From Myxococcota bacterium (GTDB taxonomy: Bacteria > Myxococcota_A > UBA796 > CAJQPC01): DNA of 64,000 nucleotides. The DNA is taken from positions 74,569-138,568 of the forward strand of contig JAZAMN010000043.1 in NCBI GenBank assembly GCA_036229005.1, given 5' to 3'. A program made the position numbers and the translations under genes. The notes below the pieces were generated by a model. That model was not told the origin of the DNA, made no database searches, and saw only the letters and a program-made list of their open reading frames with translations. Shown here piece by piece: positions 9,169 to 18,172 of the stretch; position 1 is the first letter of the stretch; the number at the start of each line of letters is the position of its first letter.

Positions 9169-10406
9169 TGGCTGTGTTCGAGTACAAGGGCTTCGACGCC
9201 GCCGGCAAGTCCGTCTCGGGCATCATCGATGCCGAGGGGGCCAAGACCGCCCGCTCCAAGCTGCGCAAGCAGGGCCTGTTCCCCACCGACCTGCGCGAGC
9301 AGAAGGCGGGGGCCAAGGCGGCCTCGGGCAGCGGCCTGAACGTCGAGATCGACTTCTCCAAGTACCTGGAGCGCATCTCGGTCCAGGACGTGGCCACCCT
9401 GACGTCCCAGCTCTCCACGCTGGTGGGCGCGGGCATCCCCATGGTCGAGGCGCTCTCCGCGCTGCTGGACCAGGTCGAGAACGACAAGCTGCGCGTCATC
9501 CTGGCCGAGGTCCGGGACAAGGTGAACGAGGGCGCGACCCTGGGCGATGCCATGAAGGGCCACCCCGAGGTCTTCTCGCAGCTCTACGTGAACATGGTGC
9601 GCGCGGGCGAGGCCTCCGGCGCGCTGGAGACCGTGCTCCTGCGACTGACGGAGTACACCGAGGCCGCCGTGCGCCTGCGCGGCAAGCTGGTCTCCGCGAT
9701 GATCTACCCGGTGCTCATGACCCTGGTGGGCTTCGGCATCGTGGTCGGCCTCTTTGTGTTCGTCATCCCCAAGATGCGCCGCATCTTCGACTCCTTCGAC
9801 GCAGAGCTCCCCTGGATCACCTCGGCCCTGCTGAGCATCTCGGACTTCGCCACCCAGTGGTGGTGGCTGATCGGCATCCTGATGGGCGGCGCGGGCTTTG
9901 GCTTCTACCGCTGGAAGCAGACCCCCGAGGGCACCGAGAAGTGGGACCGCTTCATGCTCAAGGTGCCCATCTTCGGCCGCATGAACCGGCTGGTGGCGGT
10001 CGCGCGCTTCTGCCGCACGCTCTCCACCCTGCTGGACGCCGGTGTGCCCATCCTGCAGGCCATGGCCATCGTGTCCACCGTCGTGGAGAACAAGGTCATC
10101 GAGGAGGCCATCAACGCCTCCGCCCGCAACGTGACCGAGGGCCAGTCGCTGGCCGTGCCGCTCAAGCAGTCCGGGCAGTTCCCCCCCATCGTGACCCACA
10201 TGATCAACATCGGGGAGCGCACCGGTGAGCTCGAGAAGATGCTCGCCAAGGTGGCCGACGCCTACGAGACCGAGGTCGACAACATGGTCACGGGCCTCAC
10301 CTCGCTGCTGGAGCCCCTGCTCATCCTGATGATGGGCGGCATCGTGGCCTTCGTGGCGCTGGCCATCCTGCTGCCCATGCTGAACATGTCCTCGATGGCA
10401 GGCTGA
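9168..10406 (+). CDS. gspF: Type II secretion inner-membrane platform protein F
   Basis: Two GspF domains (NMVRAGEASGAL; IGERTGELEKML; SLLEPLLI). Confidence 0.97.
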   Translation: MAVFEYKGFDAAGKSVSGIIDAEGAKTARSKLRKQGLFPTDLREQKAGAKAASGSGLNVEIDFSKYLERISVQDVATLTSQLSTLVGAGIPMVEALSALLDQVENDKLRVILAEVRDKVNEGATLGDAMKGHPEVFSQLYVNMVRAGEASGALETVLLRLTEYTEAAVRLRGKLVSAMIYPVLMTLVGFGIVVGLFVFVIPKMRRIFDSFDAELPWITSALLSISDFATQWWWLIGILMGGAGFGFYRWKQTPEGTEKWDRFMLKVPIFGRMNRLVAVARFCRTLSTLLDAGVPILQAMAIVSTVVENKVIEEAINASARNVTEGQSLAVPLKQSGQFPPIVTHMINIGERTGELEKMLAKVADAYETEVDNMVTGLTSLLEPLLILMMGGIVAFVALAILLPMLNMSSMAG

Positions 10407-10477
10407 AGTCAGAGAGCGGTCCGAATAATCCGAATTGTCAAACGTTATAGGTTCAAACTCTCTTTTGGAGAAAAGCA

Positions 10478-10918
10478 ATGGCATCCCCCACCGCCTTCCG
10501 TAGCGCACTCAAGAGCCAGCAGGGCATGACCCTGGTGGAGATCATGGTCGTCATCGCCATCCTGGGCACCATCATGTCCGTGGTGGCCTTCTCCGTGGTC
10601 GGCAAGCTGGACGAGGCCAACTGCGAGGCCACCAAGCTGACCATGAAGAACGCCGACCAGGCGCTGCAGCTCTACTCCGCCAAGAAGAAGGGCAAGTTCC
10701 CCTCCACCAGCGATGGCCTGGCCGCCGCCAAGAAGTACTTCAACGACGGCGACGTGCCGGTCGACGCCTGGGGCAACGAGCTCCAGTACTTCTCCCCCGG
10801 CAGCCACTCGGACGCGCCCTACGAGCTGGTCTCCCTGGGCAAGGACGGTGTCGAGGGTGGCGATGAGGCCAACGCCGACATCCAGAGCTGGAACATGGAC
10901 GAGGCCTGCGACTGGTAA
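10478..10918 (+). CDS. gspG: Major pseudopilin G
   Basis: Prepilin site QQG/MTLVEIMVVIAILG; DAWGNELQYFSPG; SLGKDGVEGGDEANADIQSW. Confidence 0.92.
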   Translation: MASPTAFRSALKSQQGMTLVEIMVVIAILGTIMSVVAFSVVGKLDEANCEATKLTMKNADQALQLYSAKKKGKFPSTSDGLAAAKKYFNDGDVPVDAWGNELQYFSPGSHSDAPYELVSLGKDGVEGGDEANADIQSWNMDEACDW

Positions 10919-11010
10919 TGCAGCGGCGCGAGCTGGTGCAGTTCTCCTTGGTGGGCGCCGCCCTGGCGGCCCTGCCGGTGGTGTGGATCGTGATGGGCAT
11001 TGGAGCCTGA
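10918..11010 (+). CDS. Unannotated 30-aa single-TM peptide MQRRELVQFSLVGAALAALPVVWIVMGIGA
   Basis: TAATG overlap with the gspG stop; overlaps the gspH TTG start; high GC3; one hydrophobic helix. Confidence 0.6.
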   Translation: MQRRELVQFSLVGAALAALPVVWIVMGIGA

Positions 11011-11782
11011 GCACTTGAAGACCCGGAAGGCACGCGAGGGCATGACCCTCATCGAGATCATGGTCGTCATCGCCATCCTGGCGGTGGTGCTCAGCGTCTC
11101 GATCATCTCCATGAGCGGAGTGCTCGGGGTGCGCCAGACCGGAGCCGCCAAGGAGCTGGCCCAGACCTACCGCTTCCTCCAGAACGAGGCCGCCCTGCGG
11201 AACGTGACCTTCCGGATCGCCTTCAACCTGGACACGCGCAGCTACAAGATCGAGGTCGGCGCCCCCGACGCCGTGGTGTTCACCAACCCCGAAGACCGCG
11301 AGGCCTACGAAGAGCTGCTGGCCGAGAAGCTCACGGACGTCTCCCTGGACAACCTGGACGAGGCCAACCTGGACGACGACGAGCTGGAGCTGCTGGAGGG
11401 CAGCCGCCGCTTCGAGGGCATGAACGACCCCGCCCTGAACACGGAGGTCAAGATGCCCCGGGGGACCTACATCGCTTGGGTCTACACCCCCCAGTACGGG
11501 GAGGAGCCCGTCGAGCCCGGTATCGACTTCGCGGTCGAAGGCGAGGACATCGACCCCGAGTCCCTGGATGAGCAGCCCACCATCGTCTACAGCTACATCT
11601 TCTCCAACGGCCAGGTGGAGCACACCCTGGTGCGCATCGCCAGCATCGACGACCCCGAAGACGGCCTGACCATCGAGGTCGAGCCCCTGTCCGGCCGGGT
11701 GGAGCTGCACGACGCCCCCTCCTTCGGGCCCTCCGACTCCATGACCTGGCTGCCCGACGAAGGGCCGGAGCTGGACCTGTGA
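11000..11782 (+). CDS. gspH: Minor pseudopilin H
   Basis: REG/MTLIEIMVVIAILA N-methylation motif; position in the operon. Confidence 0.8.
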   Translation: MEPEHLKTRKAREGMTLIEIMVVIAILAVVLSVSIISMSGVLGVRQTGAAKELAQTYRFLQNEAALRNVTFRIAFNLDTRSYKIEVGAPDAVVFTNPEDREAYEELLAEKLTDVSLDNLDEANLDDDELELLEGSRRFEGMNDPALNTEVKMPRGTYIAWVYTPQYGEEPVEPGIDFAVEGEDIDPESLDEQPTIVYSYIFSNGQVEHTLVRIASIDDPEDGLTIEVEPLSGRVELHDAPSFGPSDSMTWLPDEGPELDL

Positions 11783-12426
11783 TGCGCCGGCTCGCCCGCT
11801 CCGCCTTCTCGCTGCTCGAGGTCATGGTCGCCCTGGGCATCCTGTCCGTGGCGCTGTTCGTGCTCATCGAGGGGCAGGCCTCCGCGGTGCTCATGACCCA
11901 GGAGGCCTCCAAGATCTCCGTGGCCACCGCCCTGGCCCAGGAGAAGATGAGCGAGTGCGTGCTGCTCCTTGAGTCCGAGGGCTTCCAGGAGCAGGACATC
12001 AACGAGGAGGGCGACTTTGAGGACGGCATCTTCTCGGAGTTCCAGGCCGGCGGGCTGGACGGCACCTTTGACGAGGTGAACGAGGAGACCTACGCCGACT
12101 ACCACTGGGCCTACACCATTCGGGAGGTCCAGATCGGCCTGTCGGGTGACATCGCGTCCATGGCGAGCAGCTTCGCTGGCAGCGGGATGGCGGGGGAGGA
12201 GGTCCAAGAGGCCAGCCAGACCCAGGACGCGCAGATGGACCTGGGGGACCTGGGTGTCTCCGATGACATGCTCACCGAGCAGCTCTCCCCCTTTGTGCGC
12301 GAGATCCGCGTGCTGGTGTGGTGGGGGAGCGAGGACATCGACGTCGAAGAGGACGACGACTGGGTCGAGCTGGTCACCCACGTGGTGAACCCCTCCGGCA
12401 ATGTCGTGAGCGGGACGCAGCAATGA
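11779..12426 (+). CDS. gspI: Minor pseudopilin I
   Basis: SA/FSLLEVMVALGIL; ATALAQEKM; EEGDFE; position. Confidence 0.8.
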   Translation: MMRRLARSAFSLLEVMVALGILSVALFVLIEGQASAVLMTQEASKISVATALAQEKMSECVLLLESEGFQEQDINEEGDFEDGIFSEFQAGGLDGTFDEVNEETYADYHWAYTIREVQIGLSGDIASMASSFAGSGMAGEEVQEASQTQDAQMDLGDLGVSDDMLTEQLSPFVREIRVLVWWGSEDIDVEEDDDWVELVTHVVNPSGNVVSGTQQ

Positions 12427-13208
12427 GCGCCCACAGGTCCACACCAGCCGCACCTCGCTTGCGCCGATCCCTTCTCAGATCTGTGGGGGGCATGACGCTG
12501 ATCGAGGTGATCATCGCGCTTGGGATCCTGGCCACGATCGGCGTCCTCACCCTCTCGACCGTGAGCTCCACCCTCAAGGCGCGGGACGTGCTGGCGGAAG
12601 AGGACGAGGTCCAGCAGTCCGCCCGGGTGGCCCTGGACACGCTCACCCACGAGCTGCGCCTGGCCTACCTGAGCTGGAACAAGAACTCGCCGAACACCTA
12701 CCGCACGGTGTTCGTGGGCAAGGACACGGGCGACATCGACACCCTGTGGTTCGCCAGCCTCAGCCACCAGCGGCTCTACCAGGGGGCCCGCGAGGGCGAC
12801 CAGACCGAGATCACCATCTGGGGGGACGACGACCCCTACCACGACGGCCGCTACGTGCTGCTGCACCGAGAGGCCCCCCGCATCGACCACGAGCCGGATG
12901 AGGGCGGGGTGATCCAGCCCATGTCCTACAACGTGCGCAGCCTGTCCATCCGCTACCTGGACCCCCAGACCTGCGAGTGGGCGGATGAGTGGGACTCGAC
13001 GGCGGTGGAGCAGCTCAACCGGCTGCCCCGGGCGGTGCAGTTCAGCCTGACCCTGATGGGCCCGGACCCGGACGAAGACGGCAAGGAGAAGCCCTACACC
13101 TTCGCGTCCACCACCGTGCTCCAGTACGGCAAGCGCGCCCGCTGCGCTGTGTTCGCCAACGACGAGAACGACGAGGGCGAGATCTCCGCCTCGGGGGATG
13201 ACTCTTGA
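12423..13208 (+). CDS. gspJ: Minor pseudopilin J
   Basis: GG/MTLIEVIIALGIL; W..EWDS...RLPRAV motif; ATGA coupling at 12423. Confidence 0.85.
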   Translation: MSAHRSTPAAPRLRRSLLRSVGGMTLIEVIIALGILATIGVLTLSTVSSTLKARDVLAEEDEVQQSARVALDTLTHELRLAYLSWNKNSPNTYRTVFVGKDTGDIDTLWFASLSHQRLYQGAREGDQTEITIWGDDDPYHDGRYVLLHREAPRIDHEPDEGGVIQPMSYNVRSLSIRYLDPQTCEWADEWDSTAVEQLNRLPRAVQFSLTLMGPDPDEDGKEKPYTFASTTVLQYGKRARCAVFANDENDEGEISASGDDS

Positions 13209-14482
13209 GCGCCGCCCTGGCCAGGCTCTGGCACGAGCTGGTGCGCCCTCGGGGGCGCCGGGCCATGCCCTTTGCGGGGGTGGCGCGGCGGCGTCAGGGG
13301 GAGCGCGGGATCGCCCTGTTGATGGTCATGGCCTCGCTGGCGATCATCACCGTGATCACGGTGGAGCTCAGCTACGACTCGCGGGTGCGGCTGCTCAAGA
13401 GCGCCCACCAGCGGGACCAGATCGCCGCGCGCTACCTGGCCGAGTCCGGGGCGAACATCTACCGGCTCATCCTGGTGGCCGACCGGCAGATCAACAGCCA
13501 GCTCTCCGGGCTGATGCCCGAGGGGATGAACGTGCAGGGGCTCTGGCAGATGCTGCCGGGGCTGAACACGGGCCTGATGCGCATGCTGTTCACCGCGGGC
13601 GGCAGCGTGGACGACCAGGAGATGCAGGAGTTCGCCGAAGAGGGCGTCACCGACGAGATGCGGGACGAGTCGCGGGAGCAGGCCAGTCGCTTCGACTCCA
13701 AGAGCTTCCTGGACTTCGAGGGCGACTTCGAGGCGGAGATCAAGGACATCGACGGGCGGATCAACATCAACCGCCTGGGCCGGAGCTGCACCGCGCGGGT
13801 GTGCACGTCCATGGCCGAGCTCCAGCAGGACCCCATCGCCCAGCAGCTCTTTGGGCTGATGAGCGGCGAGGAGAACGACCAGTGGTTCTATGACCGCAAC
13901 ATCGACCGCTGGGAGCTGATCGGCAACCTGGCGGACTGGATCGACGTGGACGCCAACCGCGTCTACCAGGGCGGCTACGAGGACACCCTCTACCAGTCCC
14001 TGGACGACCCCTACCTGGCCAAGAACGCCCAGTTCGACACCCTGGCAGAGATCCAGCAGGTGGACGGCTGGCAGGGTGAGGTCTACGACCGCTTCGTGGA
14101 CCGGCTGACCGTGTACGGCAGCGGCAAGATCAACGTGAACAGCGCCGACAACGAGGCCCTCTGCGGGCTGCTGAGGGCCTACACCACCACCCCCGGTGTG
14201 CTCTCCGACTGCGACGGCTTCATCGAGCGCTGGCAGAACAACGAGCTCATCCTGTTCCAGTCCTGGGGCACCGCGGATGAGTTCATCACCAGCGCGACGG
14301 ACAAGGGCGGCCTGCCCCTGGACGACGCCAGCAAGCTCAAGGAAGCCATCGGCTTCGAGTCCCAGACCTTCATCGTCGAGTCGACGGGGCTGGTCGGAGA
14401 TTCCGTGGCCCACCTCACCGTGGTCTACGACTTCTCCACCGCGCAGAAGGTGGGACGCATCAAGTACTGGAGGATGGACTGA
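13205..14482 (+). CDS. gspK: Minor pseudopilin K (start may be ATG 13265)
   Basis: ERG/IALLMVM; DGRININ; ADWIDVD; Y..KNA.FDTLAEI..V.G; KINVNSA. Confidence 0.92.
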   Translation: MSAALARLWHELVRPRGRRAMPFAGVARRRQGERGIALLMVMASLAIITVITVELSYDSRVRLLKSAHQRDQIAARYLAESGANIYRLILVADRQINSQLSGLMPEGMNVQGLWQMLPGLNTGLMRMLFTAGGSVDDQEMQEFAEEGVTDEMRDESREQASRFDSKSFLDFEGDFEAEIKDIDGRININRLGRSCTARVCTSMAELQQDPIAQQLFGLMSGEENDQWFYDRNIDRWELIGNLADWIDVDANRVYQGGYEDTLYQSLDDPYLAKNAQFDTLAEIQQVDGWQGEVYDRFVDRLTVYGSGKINVNSADNEALCGLLRAYTTTPGVLSDCDGFIERWQNNELILFQSWGTADEFITSATDKGGLPLDDASKLKEAIGFESQTFIVESTGLVGDSVAHLTVVYDFSTAQKVGRIKYWRMD

Positions 14483-16236
14483 TGGCCAAAGTCATCGGCA
14501 TCGATCTCGGCGCCCACACGGTCAAGGTGGCTGTGATGGAGGGGCGTCTGGGCAACATGGAGCTCACGGAGCTGCGGCTGCGCAATGTGCCGCCGCCGGA
14601 GCCCGCGTTGGTCCCGGACCCCGTGCCTGTCGCGGAAGGAGAGGAGGGGGAGGAGCTGCCCGCGCCGCCGCCCCCACCTCCTGCGAGTCCCAGCCTGGGC
14701 GCACGCCTTGCGACGCTCGCGGCCCTGCTCGAGGACATCGAGCGGGACGAGAACACCACCTACGCGGCGGCGCTGCCGGCCAACCGGGTGTCCGTGCGCC
14801 TGGTGCCCATGCCCTTCGCGGACCGGGACCGGATCGCGCAGACCCTGCCCTTCGAGCTGGAGGGCTACGTGCCCTTCGACCTGGAGGACTTCATCCTGGA
14901 CTGGCGGGTGCAGCCCACCGACACCGGGGCCCGGGTGCTGGCCGCGATGGCCCACCGCCAGAGCGTGCAGGAGCTGCTGACCGGCCTGCAGGCCATGGAC
15001 GTGGACCCCAAGCATCTGGTGCTGGACGCCGAGGTGCTGGGTGCCTTCGCCCCCGACACGGGGACCCAAGCCGTCGTGGACCTGGGGCATGACCGCAGCA
15101 CCGTGGCGCTGGTGCGTGACGGCGAGGTCCTGGCGGTGCGCGCGCTCTCCCGCGCTGGCCGCGACCTGACCGAGGGGCTCTCCTTCGCGCTGGGCATGTC
15201 GCCGCAGGACGCGGAGGCCGCCAAGCTGGTGGCCGAGATCGCCTCCGAGGGTGGCATCGCGGGGCCCGCGGCCACCGAGGTCGACGCCGAGTGGGAGGGG
15301 GACGAGCACACCGACCCCCTGCTGGGGGAGTCCACCGCCTCGCCGAACCTGGCGCTCAAGCAGAAGGAGGACCTGCCCAGCGCGCTGATGCGCGCCCTGG
15401 ATCCGCTGCTGGCCGAGCTCCGCGCCAGCCTGATCGCCCTCGAGGACGAGCTGGGGCTGGGCATCGACGAGGTGCTGATCACCGGCGGTACCGCCGGCCT
15501 CCGGGGCCTGCCGGCGCAGCTCAGCCACGACCTGGGCGTGCCCGTCCGGCGGGTGGACCTGGGCCCGGTCGCCGAGGCCGCCGGGGACCCCGAGCGCTTT
15601 GGCCTGTCCGTGATGCTGGCGCGGCGCGCGGGCGGCATCGCCGCGGCCCAGGCCATGAACTTCCGCAAGGGGGAGTTCGCGTTCAAGGGCGACGTCGCCC
15701 TCGCTCGCACCGTGGTCGGCGTCGGGTTGATCGCGCTGCTGATGTTCGGGTTGGTGGGGACGGGCATCTTCCTGTTCCAGGCAGCCGGCTACCGCAGCGA
15801 GCTGGCGGAGATCCGCGCGGAGAACCGCGAGATGGTGGCCGACGCCTTCCCGGACGCGGTGGAGTCCGAGCTGTCGGACCCGCGCAACACGGCCTTCGCC
15901 CGCAACCTGGAGGCGACCACCCGCCGGGACAACCTGGGCAGCACTGTGGGTGGCGAGCCGCCCGTGCTGACCACCCTGATGACCCTGACCGAGCTGTCCC
16001 CCAAGAGCGCCGAGGCGCCCCTGGACATCTCGGACCTGAGCATCACCGAGAGCACCATCACCTTCAAGGCGGAGACCGTGAGCTTTGACGCCGCGTCTCA
16101 GATCGAGAAGGCCCTGCAGGCGGAGCCCCGCTTCTCGGAGGCCAAGAAGGCCAACGAGACCAAGGCCGGCCAGGGGATCCGCTTTGACATGAGCATCCCC
16201 CTGCCCGTCGACGAGGACGAAGAGGAGGACATCTGA
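14482..16236 (+). CDS. gspL: Type II secretion protein L (PilM-like actin-fold domain + TM + PilN-like periplasmic domain)
   Basis: IGIDLGAHTVKV; LPFELE..VPF; VVDLGHDRS; ITGGTA; NFRKGEFAF then TM. Confidence 0.88.
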   Translation: MAKVIGIDLGAHTVKVAVMEGRLGNMELTELRLRNVPPPEPALVPDPVPVAEGEEGEELPAPPPPPPASPSLGARLATLAALLEDIERDENTTYAAALPANRVSVRLVPMPFADRDRIAQTLPFELEGYVPFDLEDFILDWRVQPTDTGARVLAAMAHRQSVQELLTGLQAMDVDPKHLVLDAEVLGAFAPDTGTQAVVDLGHDRSTVALVRDGEVLAVRALSRAGRDLTEGLSFALGMSPQDAEAAKLVAEIASEGGIAGPAATEVDAEWEGDEHTDPLLGESTASPNLALKQKEDLPSALMRALDPLLAELRASLIALEDELGLGIDEVLITGGTAGLRGLPAQLSHDLGVPVRRVDLGPVAEAAGDPERFGLSVMLARRAGGIAAAQAMNFRKGEFAFKGDVALARTVVGVGLIALLMFGLVGTGIFLFQAAGYRSELAEIRAENREMVADAFPDAVESELSDPRNTAFARNLEATTRRDNLGSTVGGEPPVLTTLMTLTELSPKSAEAPLDISDLSITESTITFKAETVSFDAASQIEKALQAEPRFSEAKKANETKAGQGIRFDMSIPLPVDEDEEEDI

Positions 16237-16820
16237 TGAGCGCATTCAAGGCCAGGATCGCGGGCCTGCAGGCCCGGGTCGAGGGCATGCTCGATGGCAT
16301 GTCCAGTCGCGACCGCACCCTGCTGATGGGGCTGGTCGTGTTCGCCGCGTTGGCCGCCGTCGGTGGCGGTGCGTGGAGCATGATGGGCCGCCTGGACACG
16401 CTGGAGAAGCAGGTCAAGGAGGCCCGCGGCGACCAGCAGTTCATCCAGAGCGAGATCGCCGAGTACAAGGCCGCCTCCACCGAGCTGGAGCGGATCCAGA
16501 AGGAGATGGCCAAGTACGAGGGGCAGGACATGTCCTCCTTCATGGAGAAGGCCGCCGAGGCCGCGGAGATCCGCGACCGGCTGGACAGCGTCCGGGAGAA
16601 CTCCGTGGTCGAGATGGGCGACCTGGAGCAGAAGAACTACAGCGTGCGCCTGACCCGGGTGAGCCTGGACCAGATGGTCAAGTTCCTCTACCAGGTCGAG
16701 GCCACCGGCTACCCCCTGCAGATCACCACCGCCAAGTTCAAGCGGGTGAAGGTCTCCGGGGAGTGGATGCTGAACGTGACCCTTGAGATCGCGGCCTACC
16801 GGCTGCTGCAGGAGGCCTGA
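16236..16820 (+). CDS. gspM: Type II secretion protein M
   Basis: S.RDR.LL motif, TM, coiled coil, VSLDQMVKFLYQVE. Confidence 0.85.
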   Translation: MSAFKARIAGLQARVEGMLDGMSSRDRTLLMGLVVFAALAAVGGGAWSMMGRLDTLEKQVKEARGDQQFIQSEIAEYKAASTELERIQKEMAKYEGQDMSSFMEKAAEAAEIRDRLDSVRENSVVEMGDLEQKNYSVRLTRVSLDQMVKFLYQVEATGYPLQITTAKFKRVKVSGEWMLNVTLEIAAYRLLQEA

Positions 16821-18163
16821 TGCAGCGCCTGATCTTTGCGCTCGGTGGCCTGGCCATCGGCATCGTCACCTTCGGCGCGGGCTTCGTGCTGACCTTCCCG
16901 TCGGGCCTCGCGGCCGAGCGGGCGGGCTACGAGCTGAACCAGGCCACGGACGGCGGGTTGATCCTGGAGGCCGAGAGCCTGCGCCCCTGGCGGCTCTCCG
17001 GCGCCAAGGCCCAGGACCTGCACCTCTACACCGTGCCCCAGAAGCGCGGCCGCAACGCGCCCGAGCCGGTGCCCAACCGGGTGCTCTCGATGGACAGCGC
17101 CGCGGCGCGCATCAAGCCCTTCGCCGCGCTGGGGGGCACCTACGACGTGACCCTGGACGGAGAGCTCTACGAGGGCGATCTGGACGGCCGCGTCGTCGTG
17201 ATCGGGGAGCGCCTGGAGGTGCCGGAGCTGCTGCTGGATGGCGCCGATCTCTCCCGCTACCCCTTGGACTTCGGCGAGGTCTCCGTGGACGCCCAGGGCA
17301 TCGTGCGCCTGCGCGTCACCAGCATGATCTACGACCCCTCCGAGCTGGACGACGCCAAGGGCAAGCTGCGCCTGGAGGTCGACGGGCTGGTGCTCGACGG
17401 TCTGTCCTTCTCGGGCATCGACCTGCCCACCAGCACCTTCTCCGAGTCCATCCTGTCCTTCACGCTGGACAACGGCCGGGCGCGGGTGAAGAAGGGCAGC
17501 TTCATGGCCGACACCCTGGAGCTCGAGGTGGACGGCGATATCGAGCTCAACAAGAAGCTCAGCCGCAGCCGCCTGAACCTGGAGCTGCGCCTCAAGCTGC
17601 TGGACGAGGCCCTGGACGGCCTGGCCAAGATCGCGCTGGGCTCCAGCCGTGATGACGCCGGCGTCTACCACTTCGAGGTGGGCGGCACCCTGGAGCGCCC
17701 GGCCCCCCGCCCCAAGCGCTTCGGGGCCAGCACCAGCGGACGCCGGAACCGCGCGCCCGGCCCCAGCGTGGGCAACCTCCCTGGCGCGGATCTGCCCGGC
17801 ATGAAGCCGCCCCCCGACAACCCCGACGAGAACTTCCGGCCCCTGGACCGGGAGGACCCCGAGGCCCGCCGTCAGGCGCGTGAGGAGCGGATCCGTCAGC
17901 GCCGCGAGGCCATGGATGCGCGCCCCGCTGAGCCTTCGCCCAACGAGCTGGACGACGAGTACGAGGACGACGAGGACTACCTCGACGACGAGGAGGACGA
18001 CTTCGAGGACGACGAGGAGTACCTGGACGACGAGGACTTCGGCGACGAGGCCATCGAGCCCATCCGGGATCTGCCCGGCATCCCCGACGCCCTGCCGGTG
18101 CCGGCGCCCCGCCCGATGGCGGACCGCGACTGGCCCGAGGCGATCCCCCCCGACCAGGACTGA
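16820..18163 (+). CDS. gspN: Type II secretion protein N with long Pro-rich/acidic C-terminal tail
   Basis: TM ending VLTFP, beta-rich body, GGTLERP; last gene of the operon. Confidence 0.75.
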   Translation: MQRLIFALGGLAIGIVTFGAGFVLTFPSGLAAERAGYELNQATDGGLILEAESLRPWRLSGAKAQDLHLYTVPQKRGRNAPEPVPNRVLSMDSAAARIKPFAALGGTYDVTLDGELYEGDLDGRVVVIGERLEVPELLLDGADLSRYPLDFGEVSVDAQGIVRLRVTSMIYDPSELDDAKGKLRLEVDGLVLDGLSFSGIDLPTSTFSESILSFTLDNGRARVKKGSFMADTLELEVDGDIELNKKLSRSRLNLELRLKLLDEALDGLAKIALGSSRDDAGVYHFEVGGTLERPAPRPKRFGASTSGRRNRAPGPSVGNLPGADLPGMKPPPDNPDENFRPLDREDPEARRQAREERIRQRREAMDARPAEPSPNELDDEYEDDEDYLDDEEDDFEDDEEYLDDEDFGDEAIEPIRDLPGIPDALPVPAPRPMADRDWPEAIPPDQD

Positions 18164-18172
18164 GCGGGGGGC

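Noticed and set aside
14482..16820. Type IV pilus pilMNO genes
   Set aside because: Position within a gspC-K...N operon and the fused PilM+PilN architecture fit GspL and GspM.
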